From: Spirulina sp.
GTDB taxonomy: Bacteria; Cyanobacteriota; Cyanobacteriia; Phormidesmidales; Phormidesmidaceae
Direction: 5' to 3'
NCBI GenBank assembly: GCA_044070495.1
Contig: JBIPSI010000037.1
Span: forward strand, 1 to 48,700
Length of the DNA: 48,700 nt
This document shows, in pieces, positions 17,508-27,385 of the stretch. The notes beneath the pieces are model-generated. The model saw only the letters and a list, made by a program, of their open reading frames with translations, made no database searches and was not told where the DNA came from. The position numbers and the translations under genes are program-made. The first letter of the stretch is position 1. Each line of letters opens with the position of its first letter.

Positions 17508-18602
17508 CTACCCTAATCGTACCGCCAGGAGAGCTAGGAGGGCCGTGGTGAGATAGGCCGCAGCAACCACTTGGGTTTCCGTCCAGCCTGATAGCTCGAA
17601 ATGGTGATGCAGGGGAGCCATCTTGAAGAAGCGTTTGCCCACGCCATCGGGGCCTTTGGTGGCCTTGAAATAGACGACCTGAATAATGACGGAGAGGGTC
17701 TCCGCAAAAAAGAGTAGGGTCAGAAGCAACAGGGCGAAGAGGTTGCCGCTAAGGATGCCCACCGCGCCGAGGGCAGCCCCTAGGGCGAGGGATCCGGTAT
17801 CGCCCATGAAGACCTTGGCGGGGTTGCGGTTGTGGAATAAAAAGCCTAAACAGGCCCCGCTCATGGCCGCGCAGAACACCATCAAATCCGGGTGGGTGGG
17901 GGCCGTCACCGCCGCGAGACCCAAAAAGGCAAGGGATCCCGTGCCGCCCATCAGGCCATCGAGGCCATCCGTGAGATTCGTAGCGTTGCTTTCTGCCACT
18001 AAAACAAACCCAGCCAAGGGCCAAAACAGCAAACCGAGGGGCAAGACCAACCCCAGGGGCAGCGATACCGTAGTAATGGTGACGGGCTGGGTGGTGAGCA
18101 CCCACAGACAAAACAGGGCCGCTAAAACAATTTGCAGGGCTAGCTTGGTTTTGGGGGCCATGCCTTGGTTAGACCGCAGTCGCAGGACTTGCCAATCGTC
18201 TAGCCAGCCGATGGCTCCATAGGCGAGGGTGAGGGAGGAAACGGCCAGCACGTCCTGGGAAAATCCCGTGGCCAGCAGCGCTAAAACCACGGCTACTGGC
18301 ACAAAGAAAATGCCGCCCATGGTGGGAGTTCCTGCTTTTTTCAGATGTCCCTGGGGGCCTTCTTTGCGGATAAACTGACCTGTTTTGAAGGCCCGCAATA
18401 GGGGGACAACCCAGGCACCCAGCAAACCACTGACCACCGCCGAAACCACCAAGGGAATGGTGATTGATTGCCCTAGGCCGTAGGTATGGCCAAAGGCCGC
18501 ATCGGCCATAAGGGCGGAGCCTCCTAGCCCTGCAGCAAGCACCCAAAGTAGAGCCTTGCCATTAAGGCTTACTCCCCTTGAGGCTAAAAACTTTGCATCC
18601 AC
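17508..18602 (-). CDS. mraY: Phospho-N-acetylmuramoyl-pentapeptide transferase
   Basis: KAGTPTMGG, NATNLTDGLDGL, FMGDTGS, MAPLHHHFEL. Confidence 0.96.
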   Translation of the reverse strand: MDAKFLASRGVSLNGKALLWVLAAGLGGSALMADAAFGHTYGLGQSITIPLVVSAVVSGLLGAWVVPLLRAFKTGQFIRKEGPQGHLKKAGTPTMGGIFFVPVAVVLALLATGFSQDVLAVSSLTLAYGAIGWLDDWQVLRLRSNQGMAPKTKLALQIVLAALFCLWVLTTQPVTITTVSLPLGLVLPLGLLFWPLAGFVLVAESNATNLTDGLDGLMGGTGSLAFLGLAAVTAPTHPDLMVFCAAMSGACLGFLFHNRNPAKVFMGDTGSLALGAALGAVGILSGNLFALLLLTLLFFAETLSVIIQVVYFKATKGPDGVGKRFFKMAPLHHHFELSGWTETQVVAAAYLTTALLALLAVRLG

Positions 18603-18620
18603 AACGATTCCTCAATTGCG

Positions 18621-18631
18621 TCACACCACAC
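18621..18631 (-). promoter_or_regulatory. Candidate Yfr1 sRNA pairing site in the mraY leader
   Basis: mRNA reads GUGUGGUGUGA, complementary to the UCACACCACAC stretch of Yfr1; mraY is a reported Yfr1 target in Nostoc. Confidence 0.6.
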
Positions 18632-18797
18632 ACCAACAGGAGTCTACTGGAGAATTTCACCGTTGACTAGCCATGGGCGGTGGAAATAGCCAGGAAGTTT
18701 AGGTGAATTGAGCCAAGGTGGCGGCAAAGATTCACAAGACTTAACGGAGCGCCTGAGGCTGAAACGGCCTAAATTAGGGGGTTAAGGCGTTGCCTCC

Positions 18798-19049
18798 CTA
18801 GTCGTCATCGTCCAGTTCTAGGTCGCTGTCGTCATCATCATCTTCAAAGCTGTCGTCGCCACCCATCAGATCCGAAATTTCTTCGCTTTCGGCTTCGTCC
18901 GGCAGAATTTCCTGGGGTTCACGGCTGCGAAGACGACCGATGCTCTCCAGCCAGACTAAAATAGAAGACTCGCCGGAGGACGGTAGGATAGGCGCTTTGG
19001 AGCTGCGAGGCACTTGGCGCAGGGAAGGGTTATAGATTTTATCGGACAT
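18798..19049 (-). CDS. Small acidic protein, DUF3134-like
   Basis: YNPSLRQ.PR..SILVWLESIGRL..RE, acidic tail. Confidence 0.75.
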   Translation of the reverse strand: MSDKIYNPSLRQVPRSSKAPILPSSGESSILVWLESIGRLRSREPQEILPDEAESEEISDLMGGDDSFEDDDDDSDLELDDDD

Positions 19050-19206
19050 GGGTAGGCCAAACTAGGGTTTTAGGCGAATTGTCAGCACTCTATTATAGCA
19101 GGGCTACCCTGGGCAGAGGCGTTGGCCCTGTCCACGACCCAGATCCGTTCTGGCGTCCCCCGGGCTGGCCGCTGTTTCCCATGGTTCTCCGTTAGGAACC
19201 TTCGTT

Positions 19207-19650
19207 ATGAAATTAACGACCCGTGGCCACTATAGCGTTAAGGCCCTGCTGGATTTGGCGCTCCAACCTTCGCGGCAGCCCGTTTCGGTGCAGACCATTG
19301 CCCAGCGCCAGGGGTTGCCCTCGCCCTACCTCGAAAAGCTGCTGATTGACCTGCGGCGGGCGGGTATTGTGGAGTCGGTGCGAGGTGTGCAGGGGGGCTA
19401 TCGGCTGGCGAAGCCCCCGGCCCAAATTTCCCTGGGCCAAATTTTGGAGGCGGTGGGGGAGCAGGTGACGCCCCTGCCTCGCCATCAGCCCCAGGCCGAT
19501 CAGGCGGAGGATTGGGTGACCTTTGCGGTCTGGAATCGCCTGTCTCAAAAGCTGAAGGAGGCGCTCTACAGTATTTCCCTGGAGGATTTGTATTTTGATG
19601 CCCGCAGTTGGCAGGCGGCCCAGGGGGATGACGTGAGCTTTGTGGTCTGA
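19207..19650 (+). CDS. Rrf2 family transcriptional regulator (cysteine-less cyanobacterial type)
   Basis: MKLTTRGHYSVKALLDL, PYLEKLL, SVRGVQGGY; no Cys. Confidence 0.92.
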   Translation: MKLTTRGHYSVKALLDLALQPSRQPVSVQTIAQRQGLPSPYLEKLLIDLRRAGIVESVRGVQGGYRLAKPPAQISLGQILEAVGEQVTPLPRHQPQADQAEDWVTFAVWNRLSQKLKEALYSISLEDLYFDARSWQAAQGDDVSFVV

Positions 19651-19755
19651 GATGGGGCCGTGCAACGTTTCTTATCCTAAAACCAAATCTGCGATAGTTG
19701 CTGGGGGCCAGTGGGCACCACTAAATCAAGGCGTCATTTACCTTGGAGGGTCGCC

Positions 19756-20670
19756 ATGAGTACCGCCGTTGCCCAGTGGAAAACCGAATACGAAACGGGT
19801 AACCCCCTAGTGGATGCCCAGCACCAAAGCATTTTTAGTATCATCAACGCCCTTCAGTCGGCCATGGCGGCGGGGCAGGGCACCGAAATGCTAGAACAAA
19901 CCATTCGCAGCGTCCGGGACTATACCACCGTCCACTTTGACACCGAAGAACAGTACATGCGGGATCACAGCTATGCAGGCTATGAGGCCCACAAGCGCAA
20001 GCACGATGCCCTGCGGGCCAAGTTTGCGGCCTTTGAGCAGCAGTCCTATCCGGATATGCAGCAGCACGTCATTATGGTGGCGCACTTTTTAACCACCTGG
20101 CTGATTCAGCATATCCAAAACGACGATCAGGCCATGATTGCCGCCTGTCGCCAAGCGGCCCAGCCAACGCCACCAGCCCTGCCCGCCGCCCTGCCCGCCG
20201 CCCTGGCGGAAATTGCCCAGTGGCGACCGGAATACGAAACGGGCTACACCCTGATTGACGACCAGCACCGCAGCCTTTTTCACGCCATTAATGCCCTCCA
20301 TAGCGCCATTTTGATGGGCCGAGGCGAAGACCTCCTGCCACGCACTCTAAAAATTCTGGAGAGCTATACCACCATCCACTTTGAGACCGAAGAGAACTTC
20401 ATGGTGGAATTTCAATACCCTGGCTATCAAGACCATGCGGAAAAGCATCGGCAACTGCGCCAACGGGTCGAGGCTTTTTTGGCCCAAGAAACCCAGGTGA
20501 CGGATCGCTGGTTGGCCCTGCGGGTATCTCGGTTCCTAACGGATTGGCTGATTAACCACATCAAGGCCGAAGATCAGCGGATGATTGACTTTCTGCGTCA
20601 GGCTCGCCAACGTCAGCAGCAGCTTACAGCCGAGGTGGAACGCACGAAGGGCCAATCCAGCGGTGTCTAA
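19756..20670 (+). CDS. Tandem two-domain bacteriohemerythrin
   Basis: Two repeats of W..EYETG...D.QH / HF.TEE / H...H / WL..HI...D. Confidence 0.9.
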   Translation: MSTAVAQWKTEYETGNPLVDAQHQSIFSIINALQSAMAAGQGTEMLEQTIRSVRDYTTVHFDTEEQYMRDHSYAGYEAHKRKHDALRAKFAAFEQQSYPDMQQHVIMVAHFLTTWLIQHIQNDDQAMIAACRQAAQPTPPALPAALPAALAEIAQWRPEYETGYTLIDDQHRSLFHAINALHSAILMGRGEDLLPRTLKILESYTTIHFETEENFMVEFQYPGYQDHAEKHRQLRQRVEAFLAQETQVTDRWLALRVSRFLTDWLINHIKAEDQRMIDFLRQARQRQQQLTAEVERTKGQSSGV

Positions 20671-22424
20671 TCCTTGGCGAGGGCTTCGCGCAGGGTCTCG
20701 TGGAGAAAGCCATAGGCCCCACCCCACCGCCGCAGCACCCGTCGCTGAGTCCAGCGCTGGAGCCAAGGCCCCCAGTCCAGGGGAAACCGGGATGGAACGC
20801 GGGCCAGCAGCAGCCGCAGCACGCCATGCTGAAGGACAAAGGAGAACCACAGGTAGCCGCTCAGTAAGGCGGCGGCTACCACCCGCAATCGGGGCACCGA
20901 GAGCAGGGTGAGGGGCGGTTGGCCATTGACGACCGCTGGCCCCACCAGCACCAGGGCAAAGACCAGGGCCAATAACCCAAACATCATGCCGCCATTGCGA
21001 AGCGCCATCTGAAGGTCTTGGGTGGGGTGTTGCTGAATTTGAATCCCCTGGGGCAACCCTCCCCATAGACTAACCCCCAGTCCTAATCCCCAGCCCAGCA
21101 CCGCCCCTACCAAACCACCCCAGCCAAAGGCGGGCAATCCCAGATCAAACCGCCCCAACACCAAAGATCCCAAACTGCCGACGCCCAGTCCCAGGACGAG
21201 GGCAGGCACAATAGAAACCAGAACAAGGTTGCCCAAACTGCGCCAGGAGGCTAGGGCCAAGCTGAGGTGAGTATAGGGAAACGCCTCTAGGTCGAGCTGG
21301 GAAAAGGCCAAGCCCCAGGCTAGCCCTAGGCCAGGGTTGCCGCCGATGAGGGTAAAGATGACCAAAAACGTTAGCCCCAGGAGCCCTCGATAGATCAACC
21401 GCTGGGACTCCGGCAACCAAGTTTGCCGCAAACGATCTAGGTGCAGGAAGCGGGAACGATGGGCCATTTGGCTGGCCAACCAGCGCAGGGAAGCGCGTTC
21501 CGCAGGGGTGGCAGGGCTAAGGTCGCACTGATAACTGAGAAACTGCTGCACTAAAGCGTCCTTTCCGGTGATAGCCGAGGCATCGACCCTGAGGACAGGA
21601 GCCAAGGCCACAAGCAAGGTGAGGTACAGCGGGAATCGGCCTAACTGCTGGAGCGCTTTGCTGGCCTTCACTTGGGGCCAAAGGGCATCGCAGCCCTGGG
21701 CTAGCAGGTAATCCTTCACCTGCTGGGCGGCCAGGGGCACAATATGCAGGCCGCCGTTAAATTCGCTGAATTCAATGCCCCCCGATTCCAACACCTGGCG
21801 ACGACAGCAGAGCAGGGCGGTTTGCTCTGGGTTGGTTCGCAGCAGCGTGTTGATTTCCTTGGCACAGGCCCGCTGGCGGGGGGCAGGCAGGTGATCAAAA
21901 CCATCCAGCAGCAGGGTGAACTGGCCAGCCTGAAGCCACACCATGGCCGTGGGCTGACAGATGCGATACACCTCCCAGAGGTAGGCCACCAGCCATTGAT
22001 CGAGATTGTCGCCGTTCCAAGCCGACAGATCCACCAAAACGGGCACCGGGCCGCTCTGCTCTGAACGGTTGAGCAATTGCTCGCCCATGGCCAGCAGGGT
22101 GTGGGTTTTGCCCATACCGGGGCCGCCCAAAATCAGCAGACGGCCATCAATGCCGTCCTTCAAGAAAAAGTCGGTAATGGCCGATTCGGAGGTCAACACC
22201 TGGTTGGAGGACTGGCCATACTGCAACCGCCACACCTGGTAGCGGAGGGGAATGGTTTGGGGGCGCGGGAGCGAGGTTTGAGCCTGACCATCGGCCTCGG
22301 CCAACACCGACAGCCCTGCCCGATAGACCCGCAACTGTTGGCCCACCGCCCGCCTAAGATCCTGCCGTTCGGCGACGAGGCTAGCCCGCAATGGCGTGAA
22401 CTGAAGTAAAACACTGGCCAACAT
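20667..22424 (-). CDS. NACHT domain protein with C-terminal transmembrane region
   Basis: LLILGGPGMGKT, PVLVDLSAW, LLLDGFD, Gly-rich TM segments, GGAYGFLH. Confidence 0.8.
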   Translation of the reverse strand: MLASVLLQFTPLRASLVAERQDLRRAVGQQLRVYRAGLSVLAEADGQAQTSLPRPQTIPLRYQVWRLQYGQSSNQVLTSESAITDFFLKDGIDGRLLILGGPGMGKTHTLLAMGEQLLNRSEQSGPVPVLVDLSAWNGDNLDQWLVAYLWEVYRICQPTAMVWLQAGQFTLLLDGFDHLPAPRQRACAKEINTLLRTNPEQTALLCCRRQVLESGGIEFSEFNGGLHIVPLAAQQVKDYLLAQGCDALWPQVKASKALQQLGRFPLYLTLLVALAPVLRVDASAITGKDALVQQFLSYQCDLSPATPAERASLRWLASQMAHRSRFLHLDRLRQTWLPESQRLIYRGLLGLTFLVIFTLIGGNPGLGLAWGLAFSQLDLEAFPYTHLSLALASWRSLGNLVLVSIVPALVLGLGVGSLGSLVLGRFDLGLPAFGWGGLVGAVLGWGLGLGVSLWGGLPQGIQIQQHPTQDLQMALRNGGMMFGLLALVFALVLVGPAVVNGQPPLTLLSVPRLRVVAAALLSGYLWFSFVLQHGVLRLLLARVPSRFPLDWGPWLQRWTQRRVLRRWGGAYGFLHETLREALAKD

Positions 22425-22565
22425 AGGCAGATCCTAGGCATACCATCCTAGGCACAGAGTCAGCCGCCATTGTAGCCGCTCAATATTAGATATGGGTGTC
22501 ACTAAGGTAGGCTCTATCGAGATCCTGAGATGGGCGATGGTTACAGATCAGCAGTCCTACTGGGG

Positions 22566-22901
22566 CTAAACCGGGAAACAGTACACCACCGCTCCGGTGT
22601 CGGATACGTCGAAGCTGGCGTTCAGTCCCTTGGCTTTTTCGTCCAGAAAGGTTTTCGCGTCATCCATTGACAGTTCCGCCGCCGCCGCAAACTGTAGGAT
22701 GGTGAGCCGCCCTTGGTGCTGTTGCAGCATGTCCAGAAAAAGCCGCTCCCGCTGTTTAATCTGCTTCTGAGCGACCTGCCGATGACTTTGGCTCAAACTC
22801 CACGCTAGCCAACTTCCTAGGGCGGTTGGCGGAAATCCCAGAATAAATAGAGCGGCTGACGCTTCATCCCGATCCTGGGGGCTGGTATCGGGATTGGTCA
22901 A
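22566..22901 (-). CDS. Small membrane-anchored hypothetical protein
   Basis: TM segment then GRLTILQFA..AKTFLDEKAK..F.VSDTG.VVY.F. Confidence 0.7.
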   Translation of the reverse strand: MTNPDTSPQDRDEASAALFILGFPPTALGSWLAWSLSQSHRQVAQKQIKQRERLFLDMLQQHQGRLTILQFAAAAELSMDDAKTFLDEKAKGLNASFDVSDTGAVVYCFPV

Positions 22902-23040
22902 TTGTTAGGAGGGTCAGCAAAACCACTGGAAGGCCAATTAACAAGCAGAAGCCAGCTAGAGCTTTCTGTAATAATCTCATACCAGTTCCTCTGACGTGGC
23001 AACCTCATTCTGTCAGCGTTTAGGCCATCTAGTTTATTCC

Positions 23041-23454
23041 CTAGGCTGGGGTAAAACGCCGATTTTGGCGCAGGAGTTTTTGCTCGAAGTGGCGCACCCA
23101 TAGGCCAAACTTATCAGATTGTTCGACATCTTTGAACAAGATCGGATCCCGCATCAACAGGGCAATATAATCGTCCTTGCCACGCACCACAATGGCCGTT
23201 TGCTGACCCGAACCAATGGAGATGTGCAAAAAACCATCTAGCTTCAGGGATGACATCAACAGCGATTTTAAGCCCAGGGCCTGGAATACCAGTTGCACCC
23301 AATGGGTATTGTCATTCTCAGGGGTGATGTAGTACTCCTTGGGCAAACTATTGAGGTCGAAAATGGCCACCCCCAGAATGCTGTTGAGAATGGCCTCCTG
23401 GGACACCAAGGGCGAGGACTTTTCCGTAGGTTCTGGGGCTTGCACCGTAGTCAT
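23041..23454 (-). CDS. Hypothetical protein
   Basis: 137-aa ORF with globular composition (GVAIFDLNSLPKEYY, WVQLVFQALGL). Confidence 0.7.
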   Translation of the reverse strand: MTTVQAPEPTEKSSPLVSQEAILNSILGVAIFDLNSLPKEYYITPENDNTHWVQLVFQALGLKSLLMSSLKLDGFLHISIGSGQQTAIVVRGKDDYIALLMRDPILFKDVEQSDKFGLWVRHFEQKLLRQNRRFTPA

Positions 23455-23834
23455 AGGCGGGTCTGGGCGGCTAACGCAGGGGCAGGAAGGATGAAGGCTA
23501 GAGTTTTCGCTGAGTGTTTCAAGATTTTGATATCACTGCACCGCTACGGTAGCGCTGATTTGGAAGGTGTCGCTACCGTAGCGAGAAACCTCGGATGGCT
23601 CATATGGACTACACCACCAAGGGTATGGCGGCTAGGACTGATGTTGACCCAAAAGGTTTCTTGACCCCGATTAGTCTTAGCATACCCAGCCCCCGCCCTA
23701 AACTACCCATGCGCCAAAGATGCTTGCTTTAGCCGCTTAGAGGTTAAAGAAAACGTACAGATTTCCCAAAGCGTCCCCCGGAAACGTATGGTTTTCAAAG
23801 GATACTCACAAGCATACTCGCACGTATTTTAGCT

Positions 23835-25802
23835 ATGGCTTCACCTACCATTGAATCGGTTCTCAACGAAAGCCGTCTTTTTTCGCCCCCCGCTAGCTTC
23901 ACCGATACGGCGGCGATTAACAGTCTCGATGCCTACAAAGCGTTGGCCGAAAAGGCCGCTGCCGACCCTGCTAAATTCTGGGCCGATTTGGCCGAACAGG
24001 AACTCCATTGGTTCAAGCCCTGGGAAACCACCCTGGACTGGCAGCCGCCCTTCGCCAAGTGGTTTGTGGGTGGCAAAATCAACATTTCCTACAACTGTCT
24101 AGATCGCCACCTCACCACCTGGCGACGCAACAAAGCCGCCCTCATCTGGGAAGGGGAACCCGGAGACAGCCGCACCCTCACCTATGCCCAACTGCACCGG
24201 GAAGTGTGCCAGGTGGCCAACGTCCTGAAAAGCCTGGGGGTGAAAAAGGGCGACCGAGTCGGGATTTACATGCCAATGATTCCCGAAGCGGCCATTGCCA
24301 TGCTGGCCTGCGCCCGGATTGGGGCACCCCACACCGTGGTGTTTGGCGGCTTTAGTGCCGAAGCCCTCAAGGATCGCCTCAACGATGCCGAAGCCAAGCT
24401 GGTGATCACCGCCGATGGGGGCTTCCGCAAGGACAAAACCATCGCCCTCAAAGCCGCCGTGGATGCCGCCCTGGTGGATAATGGCGTGCCCAGCGTGGAG
24501 AACGTCCTGGTCGTCCAGCGCACCAAGGCCGAAGTCACCATGGAAGAAGGCCGCGACCACTGGTGGCATGAACTCCAAGTCAGTGCCTCCGCCCACTGCC
24601 CCGCCGAGGAAATGGACGCGGAGGACATGCTGTTTATTCTCTACACCAGTGGCACCACGGGCAAACCCAAGGGGGTCGTTCACACCACAGGCGGCTACAA
24701 CCTCTATACCCACACCACCTTTAAGTGGACGTTTGATATTAAGGACACCGATGTGTATTGGTGTACCGCCGATGTGGGCTGGATTACGGGCCACAGCTAC
24801 ATCGTCTACGGCCCCCTCTCCAACGGGGCCACCACGGTGATGTACGAAGGGGTGCCCCGGCCCTCGAATCCCGGCTGTTTTTGGGACGTGATCGAAAAGT
24901 ACGGGGTGACGATTTTCTACACCGCCCCCACCGCCATTCGCGCCTTCATCAAAATGGGCGATGAGCTACCCAAGGCGCGGGATCTGTCCTCCCTGCGGCT
25001 GCTGGGCACCGTGGGCGAACCGATCAACCCCGAAGCCTGGATGTGGTACCACACCGTGATCGGCAACGAGCAATGCCCGATTGTGGATACCTGGTGGCAA
25101 ACCGAAACGGGCGGCTTTATGGTTACCCCCATTCCTGGTGCGGTGCCCACTAAGCCCGGTTCCGCCACCCTGCCCTTCCCCGGCATCATCGCCGATGTGG
25201 TGGATCTGGATGGCCACCCCGTTGCCCCCAACGAAGGCGGCTACCTGGTAATCAAACACCCCTGGCCTAGCATGATGCGCACCGTCTACGGCAACGACGA
25301 ACGCTACCGCCGCACCTACTGGGAGCACATTGCCCCCATCGATGGCCAGTACCTCTACTTCGCTGGGGACGGTGCCCGCAAGGACGAAGATGGCTATTTT
25401 TGGGTGATGGGCCGCGTCGATGACGTGATCAGCGTCTCCGGCCACCGTTTAGGGACGATGGAAATCGAGTCGGCCCTGGTGTCTCACCCCGCCGTGGCCG
25501 AGGCCGCCGTGGTGGGCCGCAAAGATGACATCAAGGGCGAAGATATCTTTGCCTTTGTCACTCTAGAAGGCCAATACAGCCCCAGCGATGCCCTCAAGCA
25601 GGAGCTAAAGGATCACGTCGTTAAGGAAATTGGCATCATCGCCCGACCGGGGGAAATTAAGTTTGCCGATGCCCTACCGAAGACCCGTTCTGGTAAAATT
25701 ATCCGTCGCTTTTTGCGGAATTTGGCCAGCGGCGAAGCCATCGCCGGAGATGCCTCCACCATGGAAGATCAGTCGGTTCTAGACCAGTTGCGCGAAGGCT
25801 AG
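23835..25802 (+). CDS. acs: Acetyl-CoA synthetase
   Basis: [43 protein letters not shown]. Confidence 0.97.
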   Translation: MASPTIESVLNESRLFSPPASFTDTAAINSLDAYKALAEKAAADPAKFWADLAEQELHWFKPWETTLDWQPPFAKWFVGGKINISYNCLDRHLTTWRRNKAALIWEGEPGDSRTLTYAQLHREVCQVANVLKSLGVKKGDRVGIYMPMIPEAAIAMLACARIGAPHTVVFGGFSAEALKDRLNDAEAKLVITADGGFRKDKTIALKAAVDAALVDNGVPSVENVLVVQRTKAEVTMEEGRDHWWHELQVSASAHCPAEEMDAEDMLFILYTSGTTGKPKGVVHTTGGYNLYTHTTFKWTFDIKDTDVYWCTADVGWITGHSYIVYGPLSNGATTVMYEGVPRPSNPGCFWDVIEKYGVTIFYTAPTAIRAFIKMGDELPKARDLSSLRLLGTVGEPINPEAWMWYHTVIGNEQCPIVDTWWQTETGGFMVTPIPGAVPTKPGSATLPFPGIIADVVDLDGHPVAPNEGGYLVIKHPWPSMMRTVYGNDERYRRTYWEHIAPIDGQYLYFAGDGARKDEDGYFWVMGRVDDVISVSGHRLGTMEIESALVSHPAVAEAAVVGRKDDIKGEDIFAFVTLEGQYSPSDALKQELKDHVVKEIGIIARPGEIKFADALPKTRSGKIIRRFLRNLASGEAIAGDASTMEDQSVLDQLREG

Positions 25803-25877
25803 ACTCCCCGCCAGACACGGTTTAAACTGGGCGAAGGGATTGATCCATCCTAGCCCTAGCCACCACCACATTCTCTT

Positions 25878-25916
25878 GCAGACGGAACGTCCTTTCTAGG
25901 GCACCGTCTGCTTTTT
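25878..25916 (+). terminator. Intrinsic terminator after acs
   Basis: gcagacgg...ccgtctgc followed by ttttt. Confidence 0.7.
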
Positions 25917-26621
25917 GATCGGCCTTAATCCCTATCTCCCAGGCCCATTCATCGGCCTCGGTGCCCCGTCACCTTACCCCACAAAAACCGCCCCTTCTCC
26001 TTCACTGCACTCCCTTCAGCACGGCGCGAAAGCTCCGATTAAGGCCCTGACAAGGCCCCGACAAGGCCCAGGGCAAGAGCCAATTTACGGCCCAGATTAG
26101 TCCCGACATCCACCGTTCGATCTAGCCCTAGGCTATCGCCATTGCACCTCGACCTTCCCAAAAAATCAACAATCTATGGCATCCACTGGGGCCATCCATA
26201 ACCATGGCCTAGCTGAGGATATACCTAAAAGAGGTCTGATAAATCCTGCGGCTTTTTTGTCCTATCCGCCAGAATCGTTGGGATTTGATCCGGGGTAGGG
26301 GCATTCCTTCGCGCCCCAAAAGCTTTAAACATGGGGCCAACGGTGCTATGGTCAGTATCCTTAGTCCGTGACAAAGTGCGCCCCCAAGACTTTGATCATC
26401 CTAATAAGTTAAACAAGAAACTTGCTAAAACTTTCCATTATCAGATGACAGATTTCTACCCTATGCCTATAATAAATTCATGGGATCAGACCCTACCAAA
26501 ATATTGCGGTCTATCTAGTGAATGCCAAGCTGACAGGATACTTTAGGCCCTTGCAGACCATTATCGCAAGTAGCCTAGTCCACCTTGGCCTCGTACTTTT
26601 CTATAAGGACTTCTCCTAACA

Positions 26622-27002
26622 ATGGCAGAAAAAACGACTCCCCTTGCGGGCAAAGCCCTGCTGCAAAAGGTCAAAGAGCTCAGCCACCTGACTAAGCGCG
26701 AAACCGCCAAAGAGTGCGGTTACTACACCCTGACCAAGGATGGGCAGCCCCGTGTAAATCTCTCTGGTTTCTACGATGCTCTACTAGAGGCGAAAGGTAT
26801 TAACCTAGAGCCTGATAGTGGTAAAGATGGTCGTGGCCGCGAACCGACCTATCGGGTCAGCGTTCACAAAAACGGACAAATCGTCATCGGTTCCACCTAC
26901 ACCCAGGAAATGGGCCTTAAGTCTGGCGATGAGTTTGAGATCAAGTTGGGCTATAAGCACATTCATCTGAAGCAGATGGACGGCACCTCCGACGAAGACT
27001 AG
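26622..27002 (+). CDS. Cyanobacterial AbrB-like regulator (cyAbrB)
   Basis: GKALLQKVKEL..AKECGYY..FYDALLEAKG..GREPTYRVSVHKNGQIVIGSTYT..GDEFEIKLGYKHI. Confidence 0.93.
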   Translation: MAEKTTPLAGKALLQKVKELSHLTKRETAKECGYYTLTKDGQPRVNLSGFYDALLEAKGINLEPDSGKDGRGREPTYRVSVHKNGQIVIGSTYTQEMGLKSGDEFEIKLGYKHIHLKQMDGTSDED

Positions 27003-27073
27003 GGGGTAGATGGCGCTGTTTTGTCCTAAACAAGCTCTTCAGCCTTCCTAGACCATCGCCAATCGGTTCGTAG

Positions 27074-27240
27074 CTTGTCGTGCGGCTCATTAGGTTATTC
27101 CGACTCAACTGAATCCCTCAATCCGTTGGCTGTCGATGCAGTGGATGGCCAAAGGATTCAGTCTAGGGTCAGCCGACAAGAACAATAGGAATTGAGAACC
27201 TAGCCAGCTTACCTGTATGGTAAGTTGGCTTAGCGTTTTG
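27074..27240 (+). ncRNA. Candidate structured RNA (nested hairpin plus terminator-like hairpin) downstream of cyAbrB
   Basis: Nested stems whose G-U wobbles work only on the + strand; see findings. Confidence 0.45.
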
Positions 27241-27350
27241 CCATCATGACTATTATCCTAATGACTATTTTTGTGATGGGGATGATCCTGTAAATGGGGC
27301 ACTCGATGGAGTGGATAGCCGGTGGGGTAGATGCTATCCTCTTTCTGGGT

Positions 27351-27370
27351 TGTGGAAAAACTGTGGAAAA
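27351..27370 (-). promoter_or_regulatory. Two tandem cyanobacterial-type DnaA boxes (TTTTCCACA)
   Basis: tgtggaaaa at 27351 and 27362. Confidence 0.45.
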
Positions 27371-27385
27371 CATGAGTCTCCTACC

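Noticed and set aside
24008..25445. Many overlapping and antisense ORFs within acs, groEL, thiOG, mraY and others
   Set aside because: Shadow frames expected from GC-rich codon bias in well-supported genes
26041..26072. aaggccc(t/c)gac x3 and other short tandem repeats (31167, 35131) as CRISPR-like arrays
   Set aside because: Units of 8-14 bp without unique spacers and no cas genes
26331..26546. 71-aa ORF upstream of cyAbrB
   Set aside because: Covers AT-rich promoter-like DNA (TATAAT near 26468); no recognisable protein features
27074..27240. Identification as 6S RNA or a known riboswitch
   Set aside because: No conserved sequence motif I can recognise; kept only as an unknown structured RNA
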